This document shows positions 1 to 9,164 of a DNA stretch of 64,000 nucleotides, in pieces. The notes beneath the pieces were generated by a model that saw only the letters and a list, made by a program, of their open reading frames with translations, did no database searches and had not been told where the DNA came from. Location: assembly GCA_965230795.1 (NCBI GenBank), contig OZ246020.1, positions 1,554,585 to 1,618,584 of the forward strand, in the 5' to 3' direction. The number at the start of each line of letters is the position of its first letter. Within the stretch, counting starts at the first letter, position 1. Both the position numbers and the translations under genes were made by a program. The stretch is from Oleiphilaceae bacterium. GTDB lineage: Bacteria > Pseudomonadota > Gammaproteobacteria > Pseudomonadales > Oleiphilaceae.

Positions 1-326
1 GGTTAAACATCTCTACCATTTCCTGTAGCGCTTTGCCGGCAATGACGTGCGCAAAAATCCACTCGAATAGAAGCGTCATAATCAGCCACAGCACTCCGAT
101 GGCAATAGCGACAGGGGAACGCTGTCTGTTGGCGACCATCCAATCAAGACTCAGTCGAGTGATGACTACAATCACCATACTCAAGACGATACCGCTAAGA
201 GGTAGTGCCAGTGATTCTCCCAGATATGGAGTGACTATGAACTCCCTAAGCGCCCCGTTCAGCACCGCGAACACGGCAATCAGTAACCAGATTCCACAGG
301 CCCGCAAGGCAATCGTCCAGCCATAG
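1..326 (-). CDS. hypothetical integral membrane protein, N-terminal part (gene continues past window start)
   Basis: Reverse strand reads ATG at 326-324 -> MSYGWTIALRACGIWLLIAVFAVLNGALREFIVTPYLGESLALPLSGIVLSMVIVVITRL..., hydrophobic TM segments. No stop before position 1. It lies 2 nt downstream of the response-regulator stop, so it is likely the last gene of that operon. The plus-strand ORF 33..326 is its shadow. Confidence 0.4.
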
Positions 327-327
327 C

Positions 328-1020
328 TCATCGGCTAATCTCGAACTTGTAACCGACGCCATAAATGGAGTGAATCAGCTCCTGATCGCTCACGACAGAG
401 TGAATTTTCTGGCGCAGTTTTTTAATGTGGCTGTCGATGGTCCGATCACTGACCACACGATGCTCGCTGTAGATCTGTTGCATCAGTTGTTCCCGATTAA
501 ACAGCCGGCCCGGTTCGCGGGCAAGGGTCGCCAGCAAACGAAACTCGACGGCAGTGAGATCGAGTGCTTGACCTTGCCACCGGGCCTCATATTTGGATTC
601 ATCCAACGATAGAGGCCCTGATTTCGATTCTGTTTGGCGCGCTGCGGAGTGTGTCGAAACGCGACGCAGAATTGCCTGAACCCGCGCGACCACCTCCCGA
701 TAGCTGAAGGGTTTGCAGACGTAATCATCGGCGCCGGCTTCCAGCCCGAGCAGTCGGTCAATTTCTTCTACTCGTGCCGTGGCCATGATGATAGGGATAT
801 CAGAAAAAGTTCTGACTTCACGGCACACGGCCATGCCGTCTTTGCCGGGAAGCATCAGATCCAGAATCATGAGGTCGACAGGGGTCTGTCTGATCCAATC
901 CGCCACCTCCAGACCATTGCCGATAATATGCGTTTGAAAGCCGGCCTGCTTCAGATAGTCGCTCATCAGCTCGGCCAGTTTGGGTTCGTCTTCGACGATT
1001 AGAATGTGTTGTTCCGTCAC
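328..1020 (-). CDS. OmpR-family two-component response regulator (BaeR/CusR/CpxR-like)
   Basis: N-terminal receiver (LIVEDEPKLAELMSDYL...DLMILDLMLPGKDG...DDYVCKPF) and C-terminal winged-helix trans_reg_C (LTAVEFRLLATLAREPGRLFNREQLMQQIY). It follows the kinase gene on the same strand. Confidence 0.9.
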   Translation of the reverse strand: MTEQHILIVEDEPKLAELMSDYLKQAGFQTHIIGNGLEVADWIRQTPVDLMILDLMLPGKDGMAVCREVRTFSDIPIIMATARVEEIDRLLGLEAGADDYVCKPFSYREVVARVQAILRRVSTHSAARQTESKSGPLSLDESKYEARWQGQALDLTAVEFRLLATLAREPGRLFNREQLMQQIYSEHRVVSDRTIDSHIKKLRQKIHSVVSDQELIHSIYGVGYKFEISR

Positions 1021-1094
1021 GAGGAAAGGGTCCGCTTATGAAGTGTCCGGGTCTGTCATTGGTTCCGGCATTGATTCCCTGAAAAAGTGTAGCG

Positions 1095-2822
1095 CTAAAC
1101 CCTGGATAACGGCAGTTCAATATGAATCGCGAGGCCTCCGAGCGAAGACGGCGCAGCATGTATGGTGCCGCCATGGGCGAGGACAATCTGTTTACAAATA
1201 CCCAGCCCCAAACCCGAGCCACCACTTTTACGATTGCGTGAGGCGTCGACCCGAAACAGCGGATCAAAAAGTTTTTCCAGATACCGGCTGGCAACACCCG
1301 GCGCTGAATCATCAATCATTACATGGATTTTTTCCTGATCAGCATCGACCCGGATCCGGATTTGACCGGGTGCATCGGTGTACTTGATGGCATTGGTGAG
1401 CAGATTTCTGATCAGTTGCTTCAATCGGTGAGGGTCCGCCCACACCGGTATCGCCTGACTAGCACTTTCCAGCGTCACGGTGAGTCCCTGGTCAGAGGCC
1501 ACGCTTTCAAAATGGTGGACTTCATGCTCCAGCAAGGCCCGCAGATCAAGCTCGGTCTTCTGATATTGAAGTGCGCCGAGTTCAGCGCTGCTGAATTCAT
1601 ACAGGTCATTGATCAAATGATGCAGATGTTTGATCTCGTCATGGGCAGACTGCAGGTTTTCGGTGCTGGCCGGACGCACACCATCGATCATGGCTTCGAG
1701 CTCGCCACTCGCCACTGACAGCGGTGTTCTGAGTTCATGGGAAATATCAGCAAACCATCGCCTGCGCGTACTTTCGTTTTCTTCCAGTGTTTTAGCCAGT
1801 TCATTGAAGTCGCGACTCAGCTGTCCCAGTTCATCGCTGGATGTCACCTTGAGCCGATGGGAAAATTCACCTTTGGCAACTTGTCGTGTGGCGGTTGCCA
1901 GATGTTTGATACGCCTCAACAAAAGGTAACTCAGGGGAAGGGCCAGGGCGGCAGACAGCAGTAACATCACCAGACTGATGCTGAGAAAGCCGGTTTGCAG
2001 CTCTTCCGCCAGAGCCAGATCAAAATCCTCACTGAGACGATCCGGTGGCGTGAAGGCAAACCAGCCAATTACTGTGTCGCCCTGATCCAGCGTGATGGGG
2101 GTCAGGCGGGTGTCATCATTGTCTGGATCAAACTCACCGACCACCGCCTGCTTCAGCAAATTCAGCACCGCAATGGGAGCCCGGGGTTCAAAAGCGGATG
2201 CATTGTCTGTCGGTTCCGGTCTCGGAGGGCCAAAACCGGGCCTTGCAGAAAAGGGAGACTGTTCTCGCAAGCCTCGTGGTGGCGGGCGTCGGGCCTCACC
2301 TTCGGAAAAACGCCGGGGAGGGGGCGGGCGTCGTGATTCGTCATGGGGTCGAAAGCTGCCTGGAGGTGGCTGCCCCACAGGCGCCGCATTCCGGGCCAGC
2401 CAGTCAATCAGTCGAGGATTGTTTTTGAGAAAGTCCCAGCTACCGTGGTTTTGATAGCCTACGGCCAGCTGCTCAATAATCTGCAAATGCGCCTGGTGTT
2501 CCCGCGTGTTGACGTATTTGAGCAGGCCCTTGTCGACGGTCCACTGAGTGAGCGCGTACATGCCTAGTACCAAGGCAGCGCAACTGCACAAAATAATGAG
2601 AAAGAGTTTGGACTGAATACGCACGCCCGATTTCCAACCGTTTGCCCTGAATGTGTTCGCACTATACGAGACTTCGTTCGCAAATTCATGGCTGCGCTGC
2701 AGCTTCCTCATTTGCTGCACATTTCCACCACAATTGCTGCCCATTTGCCTCGTAGCATTCCCTTCCAGCCACCGGATTGCATCGTGATGATGTGCTGATC
2801 CGGATTTTCGAGACAGCCTCAA
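1095..2822 (-). CDS. sensor histidine kinase (BaeS/CusS-like) with Pro/Arg-rich periplasmic domain
   Basis: Two TM segments; HAMP; HisKA H-box ISHELRTPLSV; HATPase_c G-boxes (DDSAPGV, GGSGLGLGICKQIV). The periplasmic loop carries a low-complexity RRPPPPRRFSEGEARRPPPRGL...PRPEP segment. The true start is probably internal, near MRKLQRSH at about 2708; the long-ORF start is not trusted. Confidence 0.85.
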   Translation of the reverse strand: MRLSRKSGSAHHHDAIRWLEGNATRQMGSNCGGNVQQMRKLQRSHEFANEVSYSANTFRANGWKSGVRIQSKLFLIILCSCAALVLGMYALTQWTVDKGLLKYVNTREHQAHLQIIEQLAVGYQNHGSWDFLKNNPRLIDWLARNAAPVGQPPPGSFRPHDESRRPPPPRRFSEGEARRPPPRGLREQSPFSARPGFGPPRPEPTDNASAFEPRAPIAVLNLLKQAVVGEFDPDNDDTRLTPITLDQGDTVIGWFAFTPPDRLSEDFDLALAEELQTGFLSISLVMLLLSAALALPLSYLLLRRIKHLATATRQVAKGEFSHRLKVTSSDELGQLSRDFNELAKTLEENESTRRRWFADISHELRTPLSVASGELEAMIDGVRPASTENLQSAHDEIKHLHHLINDLYEFSSAELGALQYQKTELDLRALLEHEVHHFESVASDQGLTVTLESASQAIPVWADPHRLKQLIRNLLTNAIKYTDAPGQIRIRVDADQEKIHVMIDDSAPGVASRYLEKLFDPLFRVDASRNRKSGGSGLGLGICKQIVLAHGGTIHAAPSSLGGLAIHIELPLSRV

Positions 2823-2858
2823 GGGGCAACTATCTTTGGTAAATAAGGGGAGTCGATC

Positions 2859-4457
2859 ATGATCACACCACGCGGTTTTTCGCTACTGATTCATGCTACC
2901 AGCCTGGCTTGGTTGATATGCGTCTCAGGCTTGGTCTTTTCCATATCCGGGTGCTCGTCGGGCAGCAGCAATAGCAGCGACAGCGACACACTTGTCGAAT
3001 CCGACGACTCCGGTATGGAGACCGATCCAGATGAGGAGCCCAGTGCTTTGGATCTGGCGCTTCAGGAGATCATTGATGATTTTGGCCTGGCGACGCCGGT
3101 CGCGACCGATCATCTGCCCAGTATTGAAGAGGCGCTTCCGCAACTGGGTATGAAGCTGTTCTATAGCAAGAGTCTGGGGGGCGATTTTGATGCGGCTTGT
3201 GTCAGCTGCCATCACCCGGCATTGGGTGGCGCTGATGGCCTGTCGTTGCCTGTCGGTGTGGATGCATTGAATCCTGATCTGTTGGGCCCCGGGCGTGTGA
3301 ATGAAGAGGGCATCCCGCTGGTACCACGCAATTCACCCACGGTCTTCAACGCCGGTTTGTGGGACACCGGCCTGTTCTGGGACTCAAGGGTTGAGAGTAT
3401 TGGCAAGGAGCCCGCTACGAACGGAGCCGTGTCGGGCATTCGCACCCCGGACAGCGAGTTTCTTGTCGCAGATCCTGATGCCGGTGCCAATCTGGCAGCC
3501 GCGCAGGCCCGTTTTCCGGTCACTTCAGAAACTGAGATGCAGACAGATCGTTTCGAGATCGGTTCGGATAATGACACGGTGCGCGCGCATCTGGCCGCAC
3601 GGATTGGTGATTACGGTGTCGGAGAAGGCGAGTTGGATGAGAACAATTGGCTGGAGGCGTTTCAGGAGGCCTTTGGTGTCTCGGCGGATGCAGAATCCCT
3701 GGTGACCTTTGATGCCATTGCGCAGGCTATCGGTGAATATGAGCGCTCCATGGTGTTTATTGACAGCCCATGGCGGCAGTATCTGGAGGGGGATCTGGAT
3801 GCGCTCAGCGAGGATGCCAAAGCAGGAGCCCTGCTGTTTTTTACTCCGGTGGCCCAGGGTGGAGCAGGTTGCGGAGCCTGCCATAACGGGCCGCTGTTCA
3901 GCGATGGACAGCACCATACACTTGCCTTTCCCCAGGCCGGACCCGGGGCAGGGGATGCCGACAACGATGATTTTGCCCGCGAGCGTGAAACCGGGAACTC
4001 GGATGACCGCTATCGTTTCCGTACTCCTTCGTTGCTGAATATCGCCCAGACAGCTCCCTATGGGCATGCGGGGGTATATGAATCGCTGACTGAGGTGGTG
4101 CGACACTATGTGAATCCGGGACGGGCCGTCAATGACTTTTTTAACTCCGGAGGTTTGTGTGGCAATGCCCAATTTGCCGATGTCGATGATTGCGAGTCAC
4201 TGTACCCGGACAATGAAGCCAACTCGGCTAAAGCGCTTGCCAAACTCCAGCAGGAAATCGATGCCGGTACCACGCGCTTCCAGCCGCCGCGATTGAACAA
4301 TACTGAAGTCGAGCAAGTAGTCGCCTTTCTTGAAGCCCTGAGCGACCCCTGCGTGCCTGACAGGGATTGCCTCGCGCCCTGGATACCCGACACTGCCGAC
4401 ACCGGCCCCGATGGTCAACAGCTGAATGCTGTGAATTCGGTTGGGGATTTTTTGTAG
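2859..4457 (+). CDS. di-haem cytochrome c peroxidase / MauG-family lipoprotein
   Basis: Lipoprotein signal (LVFSISGCSS). Two c-type haem motifs, CVSCHHP and CGACHNG. The overall CCP/MauG fold signature is present (PxxFNxxxxWDGR-like NSPTVFNAGLWDTGLFWDSR; RTPSLLNIAQTAPYGHAG). 532 aa with an N-terminal acidic extension. Confidence 0.8.
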   Translation: MITPRGFSLLIHATSLAWLICVSGLVFSISGCSSGSSNSSDSDTLVESDDSGMETDPDEEPSALDLALQEIIDDFGLATPVATDHLPSIEEALPQLGMKLFYSKSLGGDFDAACVSCHHPALGGADGLSLPVGVDALNPDLLGPGRVNEEGIPLVPRNSPTVFNAGLWDTGLFWDSRVESIGKEPATNGAVSGIRTPDSEFLVADPDAGANLAAAQARFPVTSETEMQTDRFEIGSDNDTVRAHLAARIGDYGVGEGELDENNWLEAFQEAFGVSADAESLVTFDAIAQAIGEYERSMVFIDSPWRQYLEGDLDALSEDAKAGALLFFTPVAQGGAGCGACHNGPLFSDGQHHTLAFPQAGPGAGDADNDDFARERETGNSDDRYRFRTPSLLNIAQTAPYGHAGVYESLTEVVRHYVNPGRAVNDFFNSGGLCGNAQFADVDDCESLYPDNEANSAKALAKLQQEIDAGTTRFQPPRLNNTEVEQVVAFLEALSDPCVPDRDCLAPWIPDTADTGPDGQQLNAVNSVGDFL

Positions 4458-4461
4458 CGCA

Positions 4462-4484
4462 AGACCAGGGATGGTCTTTTTTTA
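4462..4484 (+). terminator. rho-independent terminator after the peroxidase gene
   Basis: Perfect stem AGACCA-ggga-TGGTCT followed by a T7 run (4462-4484), immediately after the stop at 4457. Confidence 0.6.
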
Positions 4485-4845
4485 TGAATACTGGCACAGC
4501 GCCGAATCCGGTGCTTCCTGCAATGACGTTGTCTCAGCTAGTTTATTGACCGGTTGTGACGACGTATCGCGGGGCTCTCTCATACTTGCCCTCAGTACTC
4601 TTCCTCGTTTTGTCTTACATGCAAGCTGGCCTTCTTCCCCGAACTGATCCGTTGTCGATTGCACACCGCTTGGGTCCATTGACTCAGTCTGCATTGTGTA
4701 TTTTTCCTTCCTGCTTTCACTGCTGCCTGCTCCGTTTGAAATAGTAATGAATCGTTACTGATCTATGAAATGCAGATGTAACGAAACATTGCTTTTGTCT
4801 TTTGTTGATTTCATAAAAACTATAAATATCAATTAGTTAAAAAGT

Positions 4846-4861
4846 TGGCACGCCCCTCGCT
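4846..4861 (+). promoter_or_regulatory. candidate sigma54 (-24/-12) promoter upstream of the RiPP precursor gene
   Basis: TGGCACGccccTCGCT: GG at 4847-4848 and GC at 4859-4860 with exact GG-N10-GC spacing. It lies about 95 bp upstream of the ATG at 4957, in an AT-rich intergenic region. An NtrC-family activator is encoded 4 kb downstream. Confidence 0.45.
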
Positions 4862-4956
4862 ATGTCTTAGGTGTATTTAGCAAATCGCTGTCGAAATCGT
4901 CCGATTCCGGGCAGCGGAACATTCAAACCTTTTGGTTAACTATAGAGAGAACGAGT

Positions 4957-5376
4957 ATGAAAAATGCAACTCTTAAAAACACTTTGACTGCCGCTATCGG
5001 TTCATTCGTTGTTACGGGTCTGGCAACTTCCGCCGCTGTTCAGGCCGACTCAAACCCATTTGCCGCGACAGAGCTTAGCAGCGGCTACATGCTGCTGGCC
5101 GAGGGCTCCTGTGGAGAGGGTAAATGTGGTGCCAATGCCACCCTGACCGAGAAAAAATCTGAAGGCGCCTGTGGCGAAGGCAAGTGTGGTGGCGATAGCC
5201 ACTCCAACAAAACCGCGGAAGGTGCCTGTGGTGAGGGCAAATGTGGCGGTGATGAAAAGGCAGCCAGCAAAACCTCTGAAGGCGCGTGTGGTGAAGGAAA
5301 ATGTGGCGGCGATGCGAAACCCGCAGGCAAAACCTCTGAAGGTGCCTGTGGCGAAGGCAAGTGTGGCCACGCCTAA
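4957..5376 (+). CDS. secreted Cys-rich RiPP precursor with five tandem EG[AS]CGEGKCG repeats (bufferin BUF_EGKCG / HvfA-like)
   Basis: Good RBS (agagagaacgagtATG). Sec signal MKNATLKNTLTAAIGSFVVTGLATSAAVQA. Core is 5 x (K)TSEGACGEGKCGGDxxxxxK with 10 Cys, all in an EGxCG context. It is encoded by drifting ~60-nt tandem DNA repeats and followed by DUF692-DUF2063-DoxX. Confidence 0.8.
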   Translation: MKNATLKNTLTAAIGSFVVTGLATSAAVQADSNPFAATELSSGYMLLAEGSCGEGKCGANATLTEKKSEGACGEGKCGGDSHSNKTAEGACGEGKCGGDEKAASKTSEGACGEGKCGGDAKPAGKTSEGACGEGKCGHA

Positions 5377-5480
5377 TCCTCCTTCAACGAATCATGTGGC
5401 GGGTTGCCGCCACATGCGACCCACACATTCGAGGACGCTGCAAGAGTGTCCTGCCATCAGGTTTTTAACCGGAGAATACA

Positions 5481-6386
5481 ATGACTCAATCACGTGATCA
5501 GGCGCATGAATTTACACCGTCAATCAAAGGTGCGGGCCTGGGTTTACGTCGTTCCTTATTGAATCAGCTTTCGAGTGAAGATGTCGCCTCCAGTTCATCA
5601 GATGTGTTGGACTTTTTTGAAGTGGCGCCGGAAAACTGGATCGGTGTCGGCGGACGTTTGGGTCGCCAGCTAAAGGAAATTAGCGAGAAAAAGACAGTGA
5701 TTGCCCATGGATTGTCCTTGTCTGTTGGTGGCATGTCACCCTTGAATATCGAGTTGGTCAAGGACATTAAGCACTTTCTCAATGAACACAATATGCCAGT
5801 TTACAGCGAGCATCTGAGCTACTCGGCGGATGACGGCAACTTGTACGATCTGCTGCCACTGCCATTCACCGGGGAAGCGGTGAAGCACGTATCGGCACGA
5901 ATCCGACAGGTTCAGGACATGCTTGAACGCCGCATCGCCATCGAAAACATTTCTTACTATCTGGATTTGTCCAAAACGGTTGCTGGCCACACCATGACCG
6001 AAGTGGAGTTTATCAATGCGGTCTTGCAGGAGGCTGACTGCGATCTCTTGCTCGACGTCAACAACGTCTATGTGAACAGCCAGAACCATGGCTATGATCC
6101 CTTGCAGTTCCTGGCGCAGCTCAATGCCAAACATGTCTCCTACATTCATGTGGCCGGGCACTATCAGGAAGACGATGGTTTTATCATCGATACCCATGGT
6201 GCCGAGGTGATTGACCCGGTGTGGTCACTGCTGGCGACCGCCTATGAACACTTTGGTGTACTGCCGACCTTGCTGGAACGCGATTTCAATTTGCCGGCCC
6301 TGGCCGATCTGAAAAGCGAACTGGCGATCATCAAAGATCTTCAGGCAGCAGCCTCCGTGCATCAGCAGAAGGGGGTTGCCGCATGA
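5481..6386 (+). CDS. DUF692-family multinuclear non-heme iron oxidase (MNIO; BufB/HvfB/MbnB-like)
   Basis: TIM-barrel DUF692 signature blocks (GLGLRRSL, DFFEVAPENWIGVGG, AHGLSLSVGG, PVYSEHLSYS, HVAGHYQEDDGFIIDTHG). Sits directly downstream of the precursor gene. Confidence 0.9.
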   Translation: MTQSRDQAHEFTPSIKGAGLGLRRSLLNQLSSEDVASSSSDVLDFFEVAPENWIGVGGRLGRQLKEISEKKTVIAHGLSLSVGGMSPLNIELVKDIKHFLNEHNMPVYSEHLSYSADDGNLYDLLPLPFTGEAVKHVSARIRQVQDMLERRIAIENISYYLDLSKTVAGHTMTEVEFINAVLQEADCDLLLDVNNVYVNSQNHGYDPLQFLAQLNAKHVSYIHVAGHYQEDDGFIIDTHGAEVIDPVWSLLATAYEHFGVLPTLLERDFNLPALADLKSELAIIKDLQAAASVHQQKGVAA

Positions 6387-7144
6387 GCGCCTTGAGTTTA
6401 AACCAGTACCAGGAAGATCTGGCACTGTACCTGCGAGACCCTGAAAACAAGGCAATGCCACAACATTTGGATGAGCGACGCGCAGGTGTGTATCGCGATC
6501 TCGTGTTTAACAACATCGAAAGTCAGCTTGCGTCAGCATTTCCGGTGATTCACAGTCTCTACGACAGCGAATCATGGCAAGTTCTGGTTCGTGAATTTTT
6601 GCGAGACTTCCGGGCGCAAACCCCGTATTTCACCCAGCTATCGAAGGAGTTTGTGAGCTTTCTGGCAACCCGGACTGAAGAGGAAACGAATACTGAAAAA
6701 CAGCCGGCCTTCCTGCTGGAACTCGCGCACTACGAGCGTGTGGAAATCGATCTTTTCATGCGCAATGAATCCTATGAACGCAAGGAGCTGGATGATCATG
6801 CCTTAGTGAATGAAGCGCTGGGACTGGTGTCTACCGTCCAGCTTCTGGCCTATGCCTACCCGGTGCACCGCATTGCTCCTGACTATCAACCGCAACAAGC
6901 GCCGGAGTCGCCGACCATGTTGTTGTTATTTCAGGATGAAGAGGGCGAGGTGCGCTTTTTTGAGTTGCAGACTTTGGCCTACGAGCTGGTTTCTGCATTG
7001 GCGGAGGGTAAGCCGGCGACAGGCTTTGCACTTCTTCGGGCTTTGGCAGAACGCTTTCAGCTTCCCTTTACGCCGGCATTTCAGCAGCAGGGCCTGCAAT
7101 TGCTGGCTCAACTTAACCGTTTGAAAGTATTGCGAATTCAGTAA
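6383..7144 (+). CDS. DUF2063-family partner protein of the MNIO (BufC/HvfC-like, precursor recognition)
   Basis: Start overlaps the DUF692 stop (ATGA), indicating translational coupling. The N-terminus (YQEDLALYLRDPENKAMPQHLDERRAGVYRDLVFNNIESQLASAFP) is typical of the DUF2063 putative DNA-binding-like domain found next to DUF692 genes. Confidence 0.8.
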   Translation: MSALSLNQYQEDLALYLRDPENKAMPQHLDERRAGVYRDLVFNNIESQLASAFPVIHSLYDSESWQVLVREFLRDFRAQTPYFTQLSKEFVSFLATRTEEETNTEKQPAFLLELAHYERVEIDLFMRNESYERKELDDHALVNEALGLVSTVQLLAYAYPVHRIAPDYQPQQAPESPTMLLLFQDEEGEVRFFELQTLAYELVSALAEGKPATGFALLRALAERFQLPFTPAFQQQGLQLLAQLNRLKVLRIQ

Positions 7145-7179
7145 CAGGATTCGTCCCACTTATTCTCAGGACTATAATC

Positions 7180-7782
7180 ATGATCACAGCAATTAATCGA
7201 CTACAGGATCTTTTTGATCATTCCAAACGCCTGGATTTTCTGGCACCTCTGCTATTGCGCATTTATCTGGTTCCTGTTTTCTGGATGGCAGGCATTCAGA
7301 AGCTCAGCCATTTTGACAACACCGTAGCCTGGTTCGGGAATGAGGATTGGGGGCTGGGCTTACCCTTTCCGTGGCTGATGGCCGCGCTGGCTGTGGCCGC
7401 TGAGCTTGGCGGTGCCGTGTTGCTGGCCATCGGTCTGGCGACGCGCTGGGTATCGATTCCCATGATGTTCACCATGTTTGTCGCGGCGGTGTCAGTGCAT
7501 TGGCAGAACGGCTGGCTGGCAATCTCTACCGGCTCCGGCGTCTTCGCAACAGAACGGACGGTGGGTGCCATTGAGCGCCTGGAACGTGCCAGAACGATCC
7601 TGCAACAGCATGGCAATTATGAATGGCTAACGGAGCACGGATCCATTGCAATTTTGAATAACGGTATCGAGTTTGCCGCCACCTATTTCATCATGTTGCT
7701 GGCGCTCCTGTTTATTGGTGCGGGACGTTATGTGAGTGCGGATTACTGGATCGCAAAGCGCTTTCGTCGCGCCGTCAACTAG
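7180..7782 (+). CDS. DoxX-family membrane protein
   Basis: Four predicted TM helices. The DoxX-like N-terminus (LAPLLLRIYLVPVFWMAGIQKL) is conserved as the fourth gene of DUF692/DUF2063 operons. Confidence 0.8.
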   Translation: MITAINRLQDLFDHSKRLDFLAPLLLRIYLVPVFWMAGIQKLSHFDNTVAWFGNEDWGLGLPFPWLMAALAVAAELGGAVLLAIGLATRWVSIPMMFTMFVAAVSVHWQNGWLAISTGSGVFATERTVGAIERLERARTILQQHGNYEWLTEHGSIAILNNGIEFAATYFIMLLALLFIGAGRYVSADYWIAKRFRRAVN

Positions 7783-7802
7783 AACATATCAGAGCTAAGG
7801 AC

Positions 7803-9164
7803 GTGCCAGCGATGTCAACTCGTGTTTTCTGCTTGAGGCAGTATACTCTTGATGGCGAACTGATAAACGAACATAAGGCTGATATGACAGCAGACACTTC
7901 TCAAACGGGCGAAGTCCTTTCCAATCTGGATCAGGAAAAAGCCATTGCCTCGCTGGCTGCACTGAGTTATCGGACAGGCGAGCTGGATGACTATTTAAAG
8001 CAGATATGTCAGGCCGTGTTGGATGTGCTGGGCGATGGGGCCGCGGCGGTCACCCTGTATCGCAATGGCAAGAAGAATGTCATTGCCCGGGTGCCGCACA
8101 GTCCAAAAGTCGGAATGCCTCTGGATGTGCATGGCCATCTGTCTACCTTCGTGGTGGAGAGCGGTAAACCGCTGCGGGTGTCCGATGCGATCGCACACCC
8201 GGAATATGGCAATCCACCTGAAGGCTTTTGTTCCTATCTGGGCATTCCATTAAAACTGCCAGACGGCAAAGTGGTAGGCACGCTCTGTTACTTCGATAAA
8301 TCAAAGCGTGATTATGGTACGAAAGATGAGCAGATCGCCAGCCTGTTTGCCGAGCGAATCGCCGTCGCCCTGGATAATTACGAGCTGTATTTGCAGTTGA
8401 AACATCACTCGGAAAATCTGGAAGCGCTTGTTGAAGAGCGCACCCGGGCCTTGATGGCAACGCAGCGGGAACTCATGCAGAAAGAGAAGCTGGCAGCGAT
8501 CGGTGAATTTGCCAGTCATCTGACCCATGAGATTCGTAATCCGCTGGCGACCATCAAATTGGCTCTTGAGTATTTTGAGCGTTTGGAGGATGCGCGCTCG
8601 GCAAAGCGCGCCAGTTTGGCATGTTCGGAAATTTCACGTCTGGAGCGCATGTTAAGTCAGGTACTCAGCTATGCGCGGCCAACCGAATTACATAGCACGG
8701 TCATCAATCTGAGCGAGTTCCTGGATGAGTTTATCGCCACCAACGATGCCATGCTGGCGGAAAAGGATCTGCGCTTTGTCGTTGAAAAAGATGCCAGCCC
8801 TCAGGTCAAAGTGGATGTTGATAAGTTTGCGCAAGTCTTGTTGAATCTGGCATGCAATGCGGTTGAAGCGGCGGGAGCGAAACAGTCGATTACCTGGCGT
8901 CTGGCCGGCACCAAAACGCATGCAGTGCTGAGTATTCATAACGGTGGCGACACCATACCCGAAGACAAGCTCGCTACGATTACCGACGCCTTTGTCAGTT
9001 CCAAAACCAAAGGCACCGGGCTGGGTCTGGCGATTGTGAAAAACCTGGTGGAAACACATCAGGGAGAGCTGGAAATCTGTTCCTCAGAAGCGTCCGGAAC
9101 ACTCGTTACCTTGCGGCTGCCCCGTTGGACCGGAGATCTCAGCCATGAAGAGGGAGCGCGCTGA
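7803..9164 (+). CDS. GAF-domain sensor histidine kinase
   Basis: N-terminal GAF-like region (ALSYRTGELDDYLKQICQAVLDVLGD...). HisKA H-box HLTHEIRNPLATI. HATPase_c (NLACNAVEA, GTGLGLAIVKNLVETHQGEL). No TM segments, so it is cytoplasmic. The start may be the internal ATG near 7885. Confidence 0.85.
   Translation: MPAMSTRVFCLRQYTLDGELINEHKADMTADTSQTGEVLSNLDQEKAIASLAALSYRTGELDDYLKQICQAVLDVLGDGAAAVTLYRNGKKNVIARVPHSPKVGMPLDVHGHLSTFVVESGKPLRVSDAIAHPEYGNPPEGFCSYLGIPLKLPDGKVVGTLCYFDKSKRDYGTKDEQIASLFAERIAVALDNYELYLQLKHHSENLEALVEERTRALMATQRELMQKEKLAAIGEFASHLTHEIRNPLATIKLALEYFERLEDARSAKRASLACSEISRLERMLSQVLSYARPTELHSTVINLSEFLDEFIATNDAMLAEKDLRFVVEKDASPQVKVDVDKFAQVLLNLACNAVEAAGAKQSITWRLAGTKTHAVLSIHNGGDTIPEDKLATITDAFVSSKTKGTGLGLAIVKNLVETHQGELEICSSEASGTLVTLRLPRWTGDLSHEEGAR

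Noticed and set aside
33-326. Plus-strand 97-aa ORF at the window start
   Set aside because: It overlaps a minus-strand membrane-protein gene whose ATG at 326 sits 2 nt after the response-regulator stop. The plus ORF has no RBS and unusual composition, so it is an antisense shadow.
5050-5370. Two minus-strand ORFs (106 and 91 aa) inside the RiPP precursor gene
   Set aside because: They are generated by the GC-rich tandem codon repeats. The plus-strand frame has a signal peptide and RBS and fits the operon.
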